A model generated the notes under the pieces. It did not search any database, was not told the DNA's origin, and saw only the letters and a program-made list of their open reading frames with translations. 64,000 nucleotides of DNA from assembly GCA_951406725.2 (NCBI GenBank), contig OX597823.1:2108001-2172000 (forward strand), given 5' to 3'. This document shows, in pieces, positions 62,393 through 64,000 of the stretch (within the stretch, counting starts at the first letter, position 1; each line of letters begins with the position of its first letter). The translations under genes were made by a program, and so were the position numbers. The DNA comes from Octopus vulgaris. Taxonomy: Eukaryota.

Positions 62393-62655
62393 AGAGCCTC
62401 CTTTAATATGTGGCACTTGGTGAAGAATGGAGTTTGATACAGCTACTCTCATTTGCACCTCTTGCCGTGAGGTAGGTTCATCTGGGACTCTCGACAGGAA
62501 CAGGTCCAGCTTTGATTTAAAAACTGCTACATCTACTTTGTGCAAGTTCCTCAGACTCTTTGGGAGAATATTAAAAAGCTGTGGGCCCTTGAAACCCAGG
62601 CTGTTGCAGAAGCTGGTCCTGAAGCGTGATAGCATTGCTGGGATCTTTGGCACCA

Positions 62656-62657
<2 letters not shown>
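62393..62657 (-). mobile_element. 3' fragment of a related CR1-like LINE
   Basis: FKGPQLFNILPKSLRNL..FKSKLDLFLSRVPDEP. Confidence 0.75.
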
Positions 62658-62699
<42 letters not shown>

Positions 62700-62874
62700 A
62701 TATATATACTCATGTATATATAAATATATACATATATATATATATATTCATGTATATATTAATATATACATGTATATATATATATACATATACAGATACA
62801 TATATATAGATATATATATACACATATATATATACATATATATACATATATATATATACACACACACATAATGT

Positions 62875-63063
62875 TTTATTTGTTTTACATTAAGCAATGG
62901 CCATGCAGGGGCACTACATTGAAGCAGTCTAGTCGAACGTATCGATCCCAATAGATATTTTCTTAAGCCTAATATTAAATCTCTTACCGAACTGCTAAGT
63001 TACGAGTACGTAAAGCCACCAACACCGGTTTTTAAGCAGTGGCGGGGGAGAAACACGCAGGCA

Positions 63064-63101
<38 letters not shown>

Positions 63102-63235
63102 ATGGGATTCTTTCAGTTTGCGTATAGCAAATACAGTCACAAGGCTTTAGTCACCCGACTTTACAGTAGAAGAGCCTCGCCCAAGGTGCCACTCGGTAGA
63201 ATTGAACCCAGAACCATGTGGTTGAGAAAGAAGCA
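62875..63235 (-). mobile_element. Near-full-length diverged SINE S1
   Basis: Colinear with 56280-56680. Confidence 0.75.
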
Positions 63236-64000
63236 TGTTTTTTCTTGTTTTTTCGTAGCTCGATGCCCAAAAGTTTTCATCAAAGGAAAAGTGTAATAAT
63301 CTCCGAACCAACGACGCAATAAATGCTGTAATTTCTGTAATTTATTACATTTTATTTGATCATGTTATTTTTTTCTTCTACTTCTTTCAGTCATTTGACA
63401 ATGGCCATGCTGGAGCACCGCCTTTAGTCGAGCAGATCAATCCAAGTACTTATTCTATCGGTCTCTTTTGCAGAACCGTTAATTTACGGGGACGTAAACA
63501 CACCAGCATCGGTTATCAAGCGATGGTGCCGGTGGGAAACACAGATCCACACACACGCACACACATATACACACACACACACAAATATATACATACACAC
63601 ACACACACACACAAATATATATATACACACATACATACATACATACATACATACATACATACCATACATACATATATATATATATATTATATATATATAT
63701 ATATACATATACATTATTGCATTTGATATTGAATGTTATTAGATTTTATATATATTGTTATTACACCTTACATATTGTTATAAGGTCCTATATATAATGT
63801 TGTAAATCTAACATACATCTTATATATAAAGTTATTACTTATATTTATATATAAGAAGCAACATTCACATTCACATTTGAGATATCCGTTGTTATGTACA
63901 AGATGCGCGAAGCATATTCATTTATTCTTTGTAAGATGCTCATGTTTGTTTTGTATATGTGTGTGTGTGCGCGTGTATGCATATGTATATATATATATAT

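Overview
Eukaryotic, AT-rich, microsatellite-saturated non-coding DNA. The SINE families and microsatellite load suggest a coleoid cephalopod such as Octopus (inference). I found no host protein-coding exon, and most listed ORFs are microsatellite artefacts. Recognisable content: four R4/Dong-type REL retrotransposons sitting in (TAA)n, a full-length decayed mariner with TIRs and TA TSD, a CR1-like APE-RT LINE, RTE pieces, three Tx1/L1-clade 3' ends sitting in or beside (GATA)n, and several tRNA-derived SINE families. The main signal is a dense population of type I hammerhead ribozyme motifs found by eye: about 11 with intact cores and about 10 decayed or partial, from several unrelated repeat families. 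Almost all have a loop-less palindromic helix III (dimer type, as in Penelope-like elements and retrozymes), and most lie in short repeats bounded by (TA)n. There is also a set of unrelated 110-190 nt fold-back hairpins at 39.5-49.5 kb. Boundaries were read by eye and may be off by a few bases.
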